From NCBI GenBank assembly GCA_005222975.1, contig NJBI01000036.1, positions 1-35,850 on the forward strand: DNA of 35,850 nucleotides, written 5' to 3'. This document shows, piece after piece, positions 1-9,784 of the stretch. The translations under genes and the position numbers were made by a program. Source of the stretch: Promethearchaeota archaeon Loki_b31 (GTDB lineage Archaea > Asgardarchaeota > Lokiarchaeia > Sigyniarchaeales > SOKP01). Under the pieces are notes generated by a model, which made no database searches, was not told the DNA's origin, and was given only the letters and a program-made list of their open reading frames with translations. The stretch's first letter is position 1. Each line of letters begins with the position of its first letter.

Positions 1-45
1 GGAAAAAGCCGTTCGAGCATAATCAATTAACCATACATCTTTCAC
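1..45 (-). CDS. Thiolase (acetyl-CoA acyltransferase), 5' end only; runs off the left edge
   Basis: Reverse complement reads GTG-KDVWLIDYARTAFS, nearly identical to the N-terminus of the thiolase fragment at 20265-20777; GGAGTGA RBS at 51-57. Confidence 0.85.
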   Translation of the reverse strand, partial: MKDVWLIDYARTAFS

Positions 46-89
46 ACTAATCACTCCTAAAATTTTGAGTTTTATTAAGTAAATAATTT

Positions 90-126
90 CTTGAGTTACT
101 AAGTTATCATTATTTATCAATTTTTC
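90..126 (+). repeat. Left terminal inverted repeat of the IS1634 element
   Basis: CTTGAGTTACTAAGTTATCATTATTTATCAATTTTTC matches the reverse complement of 2155-2191 at 36/37 positions. Confidence 0.93.
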
Positions 127-347
127 GCGTTATCTCTTGAATTTATTACATCGACATAATTTTTTCTATCTTTTTCCTGTTAATTCTTTAATTTTAATAT
201 TAATTCACATCATTTTCTTCCGAAACAAGAATATGTCGGGTATTTTAAATAATCCTCCGTGTAGTGCCTAGAATATCTTATAACTGAATGCTTGTAAATT
301 CAATAGTTACAGCAGAGTTTATAAATCAGTAGTGCCTATTCTATAAT

Positions 348-2054
348 ATGGCATTTCTTGTAAAAAAAGTGATCGATGGAAAAGTCTATCTCTACCTTCG
401 ACATAACCACAGGGTCAAAGGTAAGGTCAAGACTGCCTGGCAGGTATATTTAGGTCCCGAAGAAAAGTTCAAAACCCACGCAAAGATTGTCAAATGCGAC
501 ATTAAGACTGAGACGATCGAATTTGGCCTTATCGCTGCCTTACTGCATGTTGCTGAAAAGCTGGAACTGGTGGATATCATTAATCAAGCCACGAACAAAC
601 GGGAGCAAGGATTTAGCGTGGGGGGGCATCTTCTCTTTGCAGCACTCAACAGGTGTGTTCAGCCAGCATCCAAGAGTCAATTGAAGGATTGGATCGATTC
701 CACTATTTTACGGAAGATTCACTCAAATATCAAGGTTGATTTGGATTCTCGAGCCTATTGGACGCATTTTCGTTATCTTTCCGACGAGGTTATAGAAGTC
801 ATCGAGAATAAACTTGTACGTGCCATCAGAGACACATTTGGAGTCCAATTAAACGAGCTCTCGTTCGATCCCACGAATTTTTTTACATATATTAAACCCC
901 ATAAACCCAATCAGACACTCCCTAATCATGGTTACTCGAAAGAAGGGCGTTTCACGCTCAATATCGTTAACATGTCGCTGTTCTGTGCGTTGGATGGGGG
1001 GATACCATTATTTCACTTGGTATATCCCGGTAACATGCAAGATGCTTCCCACTTCAAGGAGATGGCATTACCACGGTTGAAACGGCGTTTAAAAGAGCAA
1101 AATGTGTCACTCGCCAATGTGACGCTGATTTTTGATAAGGGTAACCTTTCACCGGAGGGATTTGCCCTTATAGACAACTGGAAATGCGATTATATTTGCT
1201 CAGACCGTCCATCCACCCATAAAAACTTATTGACCATCCCTCCAGAGGAGTTCGAGCTACATGTGTTACCGAATGGGAACGAAGTAGGCGTTAAAGATTT
1301 CCACCTAAACAAGTACGGCAAGATCAGGCGATTCGTAGCGGTTTACAACCCTAACGAGAAAAAATGGAACCTTGAGAATTTCAAAGCGAAGATACGGAAA
1401 AAAATCGCCGAGATCGAGGGGTATTTTAAGACTCGCCTTGTATATGCACCTGGGGAAAAGCGGAAAGGACAGGGAGACAAGTGGCGGATTCGGACAGAAG
1501 TTGAGAAAAAGATTAAAGCGATGATTGGGGGAGACCCGTTTGCGAAGGTGATTGTCGCCGCGGTTGAAGGCCCTGCTAAGTTGCAAGTAGCACGAGGCGG
1601 TCGGTTTGAGCTTAAAATATCAACGAACCCTGAGGCATTCAAGAAGGCAGCCTTAACACTCGGTAAATCGTTTTTGATGACAAGTCGGGAAACCCTTAGC
1701 GCAGATGAGGTAGTTTGGGCATATCGTCAGCAATATCTCGTTGAGCGTGCCTTTAAATGGTTGAAGAACTCTGAATTCTTGAGCATTCGACCCATGTACC
1801 ATCGTGTAGATTCAAGCATCCGTGGTCACGTGTTCGTTTGTTATCTAGGGTTGGTCTTATTGTCGTTATTGGTGCGTGAAATCGTCCAACTTGGCGTGCC
1901 TATAAGTATTAATAAAGCAATCAAGCACCTTAAAGAAATCAGGATGACTCGGATTAAGATTTCAGGCAAAAGCGAGCCGCTTGAAAATATCGATGAGATG
2001 AGCCAAGAAGCTAAAGAATTATACGAAATACTCAAGTTAGACCGCTATTTATAG
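348..2054 (+). CDS. IS1634-family DDE transposase, 568 aa
   Basis: N-terminal GKVYLYL...GKVK...YLG; candidate catalytic residues in FDPTN, IFDKGN and YRQQYLVERAF; GYSKE; IRPMYHR..SIRGHVFVCYL, all typical of IS1634. Confidence 0.93.
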   Translation: MAFLVKKVIDGKVYLYLRHNHRVKGKVKTAWQVYLGPEEKFKTHAKIVKCDIKTETIEFGLIAALLHVAEKLELVDIINQATNKREQGFSVGGHLLFAALNRCVQPASKSQLKDWIDSTILRKIHSNIKVDLDSRAYWTHFRYLSDEVIEVIENKLVRAIRDTFGVQLNELSFDPTNFFTYIKPHKPNQTLPNHGYSKEGRFTLNIVNMSLFCALDGGIPLFHLVYPGNMQDASHFKEMALPRLKRRLKEQNVSLANVTLIFDKGNLSPEGFALIDNWKCDYICSDRPSTHKNLLTIPPEEFELHVLPNGNEVGVKDFHLNKYGKIRRFVAVYNPNEKKWNLENFKAKIRKKIAEIEGYFKTRLVYAPGEKRKGQGDKWRIRTEVEKKIKAMIGGDPFAKVIVAAVEGPAKLQVARGGRFELKISTNPEAFKKAALTLGKSFLMTSRETLSADEVVWAYRQQYLVERAFKWLKNSEFLSIRPMYHRVDSSIRGHVFVCYLGLVLLSLLVREIVQLGVPISINKAIKHLKEIRMTRIKISGKSEPLENIDEMSQEAKELYEILKLDRYL

Positions 2055-2154
2055 TGGAGTTAACGCAGGACGCGTGGTTTTTTTTCCAAATTTTTGTAGT
2101 GCCTAACCCAGAATTTGATCCCCCGTAGGTTAACTTTTTCGTGGTTTTAGGGGT

Positions 2155-2191
2155 GAAAAATTGATAAGTAATGATAACTTAGTAACTCAAG
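2155..2191 (-). repeat. Right terminal inverted repeat of the IS1634 element
   Basis: GAAAAATTGATAAGTAATGATAACTTAGTAACTCAAG, followed by the AATTT duplication. Confidence 0.93.
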
Positions 2192-2279
2192 AATTTAAAA
2201 ATGTATAAAATTTAAAATTTTATTAATTTGTACTTAAATAATTGTCTAATCATGGTAAATAGTCAATTTAGGTTGAAAG

Positions 2280-2401
2280 CAGTATTATGACAAAGTAAAG
2301 AATATCGTTATGCTTGGATTTGGGGATATGGGTAAAGGAATTGCCCAAGTTTGCTAAATGGCGGCGTATTAAAAACTGATAAATTCGTAGGAATGGTTTG
2401 A
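2280..2401 (+). pseudogene. Remnant of a 3-hydroxyacyl-CoA dehydrogenase
   Basis: Translates QYYDKVKNIVMLGFGDMGKGIAQVC*MA, matching the 3HCDH_N Rossmann motif GxGxMGxGIAQV; in-frame TAA at 2355-2357; the rest of the gene is absent. Confidence 0.75.
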
Positions 2402-2596
2402 GATTACATTAAAATTTTCTTTTTCAATTAAATTTAGGTTAAAATAAATTAAAAAATAGATAATGCTTATCTTCCTTTAAACTTTGGATATTTTTTGAGA
2501 TTGTAATATTTATTTCTTCTTTAAAAATTAAATTTACTTCTGAATAATCGAGAATATTAGATAAAAAAAAAATAAAAAAGTTATATTTTAATTAGT

Positions 2597-4909
2597 TTAT
2601 TTTTTAGTATTTCTATAGTTTTTCCTTTTGCGTCTAATTATCAGTATGGTTGCTACCCCTATCACTGCTACTCCGCTAATAACCAAAATTAAAATAATCA
2701 GCTCGACTGGAATTGCTTCTGGAGCAGTAGGACTATATTTCACTAAATCAAAATGCAATATGTAATTCCAATCCCAACCAGTGTCCCAATCTTTATCCAC
2801 TGCGCGTCCTATTAAATCGTTTCCTAAATAGAGCATTGGATATTGTTCATTTTGAGCCCAATCTGCCAATTCACTATAGTACTGTTCCCTTCCAGTGGAG
2901 TTTTGGAACCAAAGTTTGGCAATCAAACCATCACAAGTAGCATTGTAATTAAAACCCATATTGGCACCCCCTTTATAGGGAAATGCGTAAGGATATGAAT
3001 TGTAATCTGCTATGTATCTAGTATAAGGTATATATGGAAAGGTAGCACCCGCCGGAGTTCGCTCAATAATGCCCGTGCTTTGATAATACGCTTGAATGTA
3101 TCCAAGATCATTAATCCGGTCGTGAAAAGGTTTAATTGCAAATCCATCGTTGGATAATAAAGGCAGTTGACCTGCTAATATTGCAGGATAGGTACCGATT
3201 AAATCTTCGGTAGCATCTATGGAACACCCAATATCAGCAAGAGCGGATATTAACATAGAATAAGATTCAAGATGGGCGCCATCGTAATGATGCTCAAATG
3301 TGTAGAGGGGATTACTCCCTGCTACAGTGTTCCAATCGTCTGTTGTACTAGTCAAACCACGAGAAGCACAAATTGAACCCCAGACTGGATGATCTAGAAG
3401 GGTTTGTCGCGCTATAGTGAGATCTCTAGAAGGTAAAGTTACAGATGGGTCATAATATTCGTGAGTAGTTGCCACTAATCCCCCAGAACGCACTAACCGG
3501 CCTCCAAATAATGCCAAATATGTATCATAGTCATAAGCGTAAGAAAGCGCTTTTCTAAAGGCGCGATCAACTCCATGTACAGGCTTTAGAGTTCCATTTG
3601 CTTCCTTAAAATTAGTGGAGGTTAAAATTCCCCATTGAGTTAAATTGAAACCTACATCATACCAATACCGCAAATAGGTCTCATCAGCACAATTTAAAAC
3701 GATAACTTCCCCGTAATTTTCCTGACCCATATCTACATATTCTATGTTAGGAGCGGTAGCTATATCACTATAACCAAGCGGTTCCCAGGAATGATCATAG
3801 GCAAAGTCAATATCGCCTGTCACCAGCGCGGTGGTCCTTGCGTTATATCCTGATTCGTCATGACTAAAAGTGACTACTGCCACACTTGAAACTTTATGCC
3901 ACCCTTTAGCCTGTTGAGCTGAAGAGTTCCACCAATTATCAAATCTTGTCATTGTACCTGTATCTATAGAAAAATTATCAAACATATAGGGCCCCGTACC
4001 GATTAAATGTCCAGGGAAAGGAGATGTTGCGTTATTTTGTGGAAAGCTTGGGTGATCTCCATATCCAAAGATAGGAACATCAAAATAGTCTTCATAAGAT
4101 GCCATGGAGATCATTCTCATAAACGCATTTGATAAATACTGTGGGCCAGTACTCCAATCATTAAAGAATACTCTAACCGTTCCTCCTGATTGCTTGTTAT
4201 CCAGTATGGTTATGTTTGTAAACCGAGGAAAACGATTATAACCAAATGGTATATCATATGCAAAACTAGTTCCGAATCCAGGATATTCACTAAGATATCC
4301 AATTATTCCGTAACCAGGAATGAAAGGGCCTAGGGGTCCCCGTAATTTTGTTACGTTCCAAGACGCAGTCGCGTAATCATCCCAATCACTTAAACTCATC
4401 CAATAAAGCCCTCTGTTATTAGTCACAGCTGAATCAGGTGAAGCACCAAGACAAAAATTTATACTTCCCAAGGTGTACATGTGCCGATCAATATTCCACT
4501 TTGCCACTGTCGCGTTCCAATCTGAGCCATCGTGAAACTTAACATTATCTCTGAGAGTAATATCCATATAATCAACTCCATCATAGTTCATAAAACCTGC
4601 AGCGTTCATTTCATCTGGTCGTTCATGCATTGTCCAATTGGCTGCAAGTAATGGTACTGAATTATCGTACTCTCCAGTTTCCGCAGAATAAGGCAACTCA
4701 AACAATCCTTCAAGAGCGTTATACCTGAAATAATCGCCAGTACTTGCTCCAAAACAAGGACCATCCCAATTACCTATGGGGGCCGGTCCGACAGCTCCTA
4801 CAGTAAAATTAGGTATCGTTCCTTGAGCTTTAACATCGAAAGGTAGAATTGGAAATACCATAGAAATAATAAATAGAAAAAAAATTAATTTTTTTGACCA
4901 TTTTCTCAT
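2597..4909 (-). CDS. Family-5 ABC substrate-binding protein (DppA/OppA-like), membrane-anchored, 770 aa
   Basis: Signal peptide (..VKAQ); LRDNVKFHDGSDWNATVAKWNIDR; IGTGPY; FRKALSYAYD; C-terminal TM helix with basic tail; many N-x-S/T sequons. Confidence 0.9.
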   Translation of the reverse strand: MRKWSKKLIFFLFIISMVFPILPFDVKAQGTIPNFTVGAVGPAPIGNWDGPCFGASTGDYFRYNALEGLFELPYSAETGEYDNSVPLLAANWTMHERPDEMNAAGFMNYDGVDYMDITLRDNVKFHDGSDWNATVAKWNIDRHMYTLGSINFCLGASPDSAVTNNRGLYWMSLSDWDDYATASWNVTKLRGPLGPFIPGYGIIGYLSEYPGFGTSFAYDIPFGYNRFPRFTNITILDNKQSGGTVRVFFNDWSTGPQYLSNAFMRMISMASYEDYFDVPIFGYGDHPSFPQNNATSPFPGHLIGTGPYMFDNFSIDTGTMTRFDNWWNSSAQQAKGWHKVSSVAVVTFSHDESGYNARTTALVTGDIDFAYDHSWEPLGYSDIATAPNIEYVDMGQENYGEVIVLNCADETYLRYWYDVGFNLTQWGILTSTNFKEANGTLKPVHGVDRAFRKALSYAYDYDTYLALFGGRLVRSGGLVATTHEYYDPSVTLPSRDLTIARQTLLDHPVWGSICASRGLTSTTDDWNTVAGSNPLYTFEHHYDGAHLESYSMLISALADIGCSIDATEDLIGTYPAILAGQLPLLSNDGFAIKPFHDRINDLGYIQAYYQSTGIIERTPAGATFPYIPYTRYIADYNSYPYAFPYKGGANMGFNYNATCDGLIAKLWFQNSTGREQYYSELADWAQNEQYPMLYLGNDLIGRAVDKDWDTGWDWNYILHFDLVKYSPTAPEAIPVELIILILVISGVAVIGVATILIIRRKRKNYRNTKK

Positions 4910-4975
4910 TTTTACTATACTCCTTATTGTTTTTGTTAATTTAGTATTCGAATTTTTTGTTAAATTTTTGTTATA

Positions 4976-5000
4976 AGTTAATTTACGATGTAAATTTATT
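4976..5000. promoter_or_regulatory. Palindromic operator-like site in the divergent SBP/permease promoter region
   Basis: AGTTAATTTAC-GAT-GTAAATTTATT; 2 mismatches from the perfect copy at 11309-11333; overlaps a minus-strand TTTAAATA TATA candidate at 4997-5004. Confidence 0.65.
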
Positions 5001-5054
5001 TAAAGCTTGTGGAATTATATATTTTTTTGAATCAAATTTAAAAAATCTCGATTT

Positions 5055-5597
5055 ATGATAATGTTGCAAGACGAGGAACCTCGATTTAGAACTAACAATA
5101 ACGAGAAGAAAGGTAATATAAAAATCGATTTTGGCCGTCAAGGTGGGTTTTTTTTAGCTTATACAATTGTATTACTAGGATATTATGGTATTGTTGCTAA
5201 TATCGTTATGGTTAATCAGTGGATCTCTCTTACGACACAAACTTGGATAAGCTTTACTGAAATGGAAAGAACGGTGTTATTTTGGACATTTGAAGCGTAT
5301 GTAGATACATTCTTTTTGCCTTTAATATTATTATTTATTACTTGTTTTTTATTAACATATAAGGAGGATATTCCGCACTACGGAATAAAAGCGTCAATCT
5401 GGCTTGTGCCTTTAATAATTGTTGAAGCTTTTATTTTTTATGCAATCATGTTTGGGTTTAGTCTGGAGCCATTTATTTTACAATTTGGAAATTGGAAGGG
5501 TTATTTACATATTATTATACTATTTGCGACTACGCTCTCTGGTGCTATCAGCGGTATGAAAGTTAAACAATTTATTAAATCAAAAAGAAATATATAG
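5055..5597 (+). CDS. Uncharacterised integral membrane protein (about 4 TM helices), first gene of the ABC operon
   Basis: 180-aa ORF with four hydrophobic segments, 45 bp upstream of the permease and co-oriented with it. Confidence 0.75.
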   Translation: MIMLQDEEPRFRTNNNEKKGNIKIDFGRQGGFFLAYTIVLLGYYGIVANIVMVNQWISLTTQTWISFTEMERTVLFWTFEAYVDTFFLPLILLFITCFLLTYKEDIPHYGIKASIWLVPLIIVEAFIFYAIMFGFSLEPFILQFGNWKGYLHIIILFATTLSGAISGMKVKQFIKSKRNI

Positions 5598-5642
5598 TAA
5601 AATACTTAAAGCAAATTCTTATTTGAAAAAAGGGAGTAAAAG

Positions 5643-6713
5643 ATGGCTAAACAACCAAAAAATATGATAAAATATATCATCAAACGGATATTAATGATGA
5701 TTCCGATGTTGTTTCTTGTTCTAGCAATCTCTTGGTTCTTATCGTATTTAATGGTTCAACAAAATTTAGTTAACCCGGTTGCCGGTAGATTGGGTGGTAC
5801 ACTCGATCCTGATGTTATTGAAGCAGAATTAAGGAGAATTGGATATTATGACCCTTGGTTCGTGCAGCTTGCTACATATTTTAAGAATTTCTTTACCGGA
5901 AATTGGGGTTCTTCTTATTTAATTGCACAGGATAAACCAGTAATAGATTTAATTTCGGAAATATTTCCAAGAACTATAGAATTAATGATAATCCCAATAA
6001 TACTAAGTCCTATTATCGCAGTTAAACTTGGAGTAGCTTCTGCTACCCATAAGGATAATATAAAAGATGTAGGTGTTAGAGCTGTTGCAATAATAGGAGC
6101 AGGATTCCCTATCTTTTGGATTGCTGACTTACTCCAACGCTTTTTTGGGTATTATATAAGTAATTTTACATATGGAAGCTTTGATATACCCGCTTTTTTC
6201 GGAAATACACCTGGATTAAAAAATCCTCCGCCATCTATAACAGGATTTCGGATCATTGATAGCATAATAGCTAACAACCAAGTTTATTTGTGGGATACAA
6301 TTGCACATTTGATACTTCCAGCTATATGTATAACTTTCGTCTCATTGGCGAGTATGACAAGACAAACGCGATCAAGCATGTTGGACGTTTTAAATCAAGA
6401 TTATATTAGAACTGCACGAGCTAAAGGTGTGGTAGAACAAGACGTAATAAATAAACACGCTATTCGTAATGCATTACTGCCTGTCAGTAATCTTATCGTA
6501 GCGGGTACGGCAACAGCGTTATTAGGCTCTTTTTTTATCGAAGTAGTTTTTAATTATAAAGGATATGGTTATTACATGGTCATTTCTATAATAACAGGAG
6601 ATTACCTAGTTACCCTTGGGCTCTTAGTATTTGCGACTATAATAATCCTTTCGGGGACTTTAATCGCAGATGTTTTATATACGATAATTGACCCGCGAAT
6701 AACATATACATAA
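5643..6713 (+). CDS. dppB: Peptide/nickel ABC permease, DppB-like
   Basis: YIIKRIL N-terminus; HLILPA; TRSSMLDVLNQDYIRTARAKG; ADVLYTIIDPRI. Confidence 0.93.
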   Translation: MAKQPKNMIKYIIKRILMMIPMLFLVLAISWFLSYLMVQQNLVNPVAGRLGGTLDPDVIEAELRRIGYYDPWFVQLATYFKNFFTGNWGSSYLIAQDKPVIDLISEIFPRTIELMIIPIILSPIIAVKLGVASATHKDNIKDVGVRAVAIIGAGFPIFWIADLLQRFFGYYISNFTYGSFDIPAFFGNTPGLKNPPPSITGFRIIDSIIANNQVYLWDTIAHLILPAICITFVSLASMTRQTRSSMLDVLNQDYIRTARAKGVVEQDVINKHAIRNALLPVSNLIVAGTATALLGSFFIEVVFNYKGYGYYMVISIITGDYLVTLGLLVFATIIILSGTLIADVLYTIIDPRITYT

Positions 6714-6749
6714 CAAATAAAAATTGAGAGGTCGTTTAAGATATCAGAA

Positions 6750-7742
6750 TTGGCATTAAAAGGAGAACAACTAAAGGAGCATGTAGCATCGAAATCGTTA
6801 AGAAAAAAGAAATTTTTTCGTTTTTTAAAGTTTTATTTAATTCCTGGTTGGCGGGATCCCGAATTTTCTGCGCAAGAATATCAGATTGAAAAAATAAAAT
6901 CTAAAAGGAGATTGTTTCGACACCTTATTAAACATCTTACATTAATAGGGCTAATAATGATTTTATTTATTTTTGCGCTAGCCGTATTTGCACCTTGGAT
7001 TACTCCCTATCCATTACAAGACTTAGTAATACCACATGTTCCGCTTAATCCAGATCCTTATGCTCTCCCATCACCGGAACATCCGTTAGGGACAACATAT
7101 CATGGATATGATGTTTTAGCTAGAATTATTTGGGGCGCTAGAACTACAGTTTTTTCGTCGTTAATCCCCGTAGCAATATCCCTTGGATTAGGTCTTGCTA
7201 TAGGTATCTTTTCTGCTTATATCGGTGGAGTTATTGACTATCTCATAATGCGCTTTGTAGACTTATTCTATGCTTTTCCAACACTGATACTCATTATCAT
7301 TATTACTCCTATGGTTGGTAGCGATTTATTTACCACACTTATTGTTTACGGACTTCTTTTTATACCGTATAATATTAGGTTCATGCGATCACTTGTTTTT
7401 CAAATAAAGCAACTTGAATACGTTCAAGCAGCAAAAGTAGGTGGTGCGTCACGGTTTATTGTAATGTTTAAGCACATATTGCCAAATGCGGTATCTCCTA
7501 TGCTAATATCTTTTTTTGGAGGTGCCGCAGTAGCAATAATAGGTTTAGCAGGTCTTGCATTTATAGGATTTTCAGACAATACTGTAGCAAGCTGGGGTAT
7601 TGATATTTTATGGGCTCGAGGTAAATATAGTAATCTCGGTGCTGCTGTTTGGCCAGGATTGTTTATTGGAATTGCTGCCATAGGATATATACTTCTTGGA
7701 GATGGATTTCGAGATGCATTAGATCCACGATTAAAATTATAA
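6750..7742 (+). CDS. dppC: Peptide/nickel ABC permease, DppC-like
   Basis: PSPEHPLGT..GYDVLARIIWGAR; EYVQAAKVGGAS; KHILPN; GDGFRDALDPR. Confidence 0.93.
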   Translation: MALKGEQLKEHVASKSLRKKKFFRFLKFYLIPGWRDPEFSAQEYQIEKIKSKRRLFRHLIKHLTLIGLIMILFIFALAVFAPWITPYPLQDLVIPHVPLNPDPYALPSPEHPLGTTYHGYDVLARIIWGARTTVFSSLIPVAISLGLGLAIGIFSAYIGGVIDYLIMRFVDLFYAFPTLILIIIITPMVGSDLFTTLIVYGLLFIPYNIRFMRSLVFQIKQLEYVQAAKVGGASRFIVMFKHILPNAVSPMLISFFGGAAVAIIGLAGLAFIGFSDNTVASWGIDILWARGKYSNLGAAVWPGLFIGIAAIGYILLGDGFRDALDPRLKL

Positions 7743-7782
7743 AAAAGAGGGATAAAAAGTTTTAAATACAATATATCAAACT

Positions 7783-9702
7783 GTGTTTGGATTAAACTAC
7801 GGAAAAGCATTAATTGAGTCAATTATTATTGTCTTTGTTTTATATTTAATTACAAATTTTATTAATAATCAAATTCCTGAAGACAAACAACTCTCAAAGA
7901 AGGTATTTAAAAGAAGGTCAGCATTAATTTGTTTTGTTATAGTATTTCCTATTATTATTGACATTAAATTTACCTTTGAAACCTTATGGCTTTTCAATTC
8001 CATATTTTTGGCTTTCAATAATAATGCGGTCTCATTCGCAATTATAACTACTGTCTTTTATTTTTTCTCTAAAAAACTAATACTAAAAGATAAAAGAATT
8101 AGAGCTTCAAGGGAGGTGCATTTTAAGAAACCGTTTATCAAAATATTTAGAATATTTATTGGAATAACTTGGATAATTGCCATAATATTTATTTCAATTC
8201 CTCTCCTAGGACTTGAAAGACTTCAAGGGCAACAACCGGTATTTGTTGATATATTTTACCTTGGATTTATATGGGCGGGTTTTACTGTTGTTTTTGATAT
8301 GCTCGTGACAATGCTAATTAATAGAATTCGTTCGATTGAGAAAAGAATTCCTGAAAGACCTTTAAAATATTCCATGTTTTCTGGTGGACTGATCTCATTT
8401 GGAATTTGGTCAATACAATTAGTAATCTTTGAATTATATATGAATAGATTATTTGGAGTAATAATATATAAACAGGACATTCGCATGTTAATTATCATTG
8501 TTAGTGCTCTTTATGCTTTCATATTTTATATATCGTTGAAAAAGAAATTTATGCCAAGCACTCAGGAAAAAAGCAATTTAAAACTCCAAAGAGCGTTAGA
8601 ATTGGTCGAAGAGCAATCCTTAGAAAGCTCTAAATTAAATGGCAACCACATTATCCTTCATGTGAAAGGCCTCACTACATATTTTTATACGGAAGAGGGT
8701 GTAGTTCGGGCAGTAGAAGACGTTTCTTTTAAAATATATGAAGGTGAAGTTCTTGGTCTTGTAGGCGAAACCGGTTGTGGAAAATCTGTTACCGCTTTAT
8801 CCATTGTTCAACTAATTCGCCCTCCAGGAAAAAGAGAAAAAGGAAATATTGTTTTCAGTGGAGAAGATCTGTCTCTAAAATCTGAATTAGAAATGTTAAA
8901 ATATCGTGGAAAAAATATTACTATGATTTTTCAAGATCCTCTTAATTCGCTTAATCCTGTTTTTAAAATAGGTAAACAAATATCGGAAGTATTTTTACTA
9001 CATATGGAAAACGAACTGCTTGTCGAAACTTCGAAATTTCCTAATAAGAGTTTATATAGCATTGCTCAGGAATGGAGTATAGCCCTTTTAAAAGACTTAA
9101 ATATACCATTTCCTGAAGTAATTTTTGATAGATATCCTCATGAATTAAGTGGTGGTATGCGGCAAAGAGTTCAGATTGCGATGGCATTGGCATGTCGACC
9201 TAAATTACTGATTGCTGATGAACCGACTACTGCGTTAGATGTTACAATACAAAATCAAATTCTTAAACTGATGAAAGAACTTCGTAAGAAATACAACACT
9301 AGTATATTATATATTACTCACGATTTAGGTCTTATCTCTAAAATGTGTAATCGTGTTGCTGTAATGTACAGCGGATCAATTGTTGAATATGGAAATATAA
9401 AGAGATTATTAACTAATCCTTATCATCCATATACCCAAGGACTTATAGCTTCTGTTCCTGTTGTTGGAAAAAAGCAAGTTAAGCTTGAAGTTATAACGGG
9501 AATGGTTCCAAATTTAATTTATCCGCCATCAGGATGTAGATTTCATCCCAGATGTAAATATTGTTTCGATCCCTGTGAATCAATAGTTCCAAAACAAAAT
9601 GAGGTTGATAAGGATTATTATGTGGCATGCCATCTCTATAATCCAGAATATAAACATTTAGCAGAAATTACTATAAAGAAAGTAGAAGGAGCAAATATAT
9701 AA
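7783..9702 (+). CDS. dppD: DppD-like ABC ATPase fused to an N-terminal membrane domain (about 7 TM helices)
   Basis: Walker A GETGCGKS, LSGGMRQR, ADEPTTALD and HPY/Cys C-terminus, starting near residue 291; residues about 1-252 are multi-spanning hydrophobic. Confidence 0.9.
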   Translation: MFGLNYGKALIESIIIVFVLYLITNFINNQIPEDKQLSKKVFKRRSALICFVIVFPIIIDIKFTFETLWLFNSIFLAFNNNAVSFAIITTVFYFFSKKLILKDKRIRASREVHFKKPFIKIFRIFIGITWIIAIIFISIPLLGLERLQGQQPVFVDIFYLGFIWAGFTVVFDMLVTMLINRIRSIEKRIPERPLKYSMFSGGLISFGIWSIQLVIFELYMNRLFGVIIYKQDIRMLIIIVSALYAFIFYISLKKKFMPSTQEKSNLKLQRALELVEEQSLESSKLNGNHIILHVKGLTTYFYTEEGVVRAVEDVSFKIYEGEVLGLVGETGCGKSVTALSIVQLIRPPGKREKGNIVFSGEDLSLKSELEMLKYRGKNITMIFQDPLNSLNPVFKIGKQISEVFLLHMENELLVETSKFPNKSLYSIAQEWSIALLKDLNIPFPEVIFDRYPHELSGGMRQRVQIAMALACRPKLLIADEPTTALDVTIQNQILKLMKELRKKYNTSILYITHDLGLISKMCNRVAVMYSGSIVEYGNIKRLLTNPYHPYTQGLIASVPVVGKKQVKLEVITGMVPNLIYPPSGCRFHPRCKYCFDPCESIVPKQNEVDKDYYVACHLYNPEYKHLAEITIKKVEGANI

Positions 9703-9784
9703 ATAAATAAAAATGAGATTAGGTCGTGATCTTGACTTTTTTAATAAAAATTATCGAATATAAACATGTAGTAGGGGAAAAATT

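Larger units (their letters stand above)
90..2191 (+). mobile_element. IS1634-family insertion sequence, complete (2102 bp)
   Basis: 37-bp terminal inverted repeats at 90-126 and 2155-2191 (one mismatch); flanking direct repeat AATTT at 85-89 and 2192-2196; single transposase ORF; visibly more GC-rich than the flanks. Confidence 0.93.

Noticed and set aside
392-2035. Short overlapping ORFs within the IS1634 transposase
   Set aside because: Fully nested, no recognisable domains, expected by chance in more GC-rich DNA.
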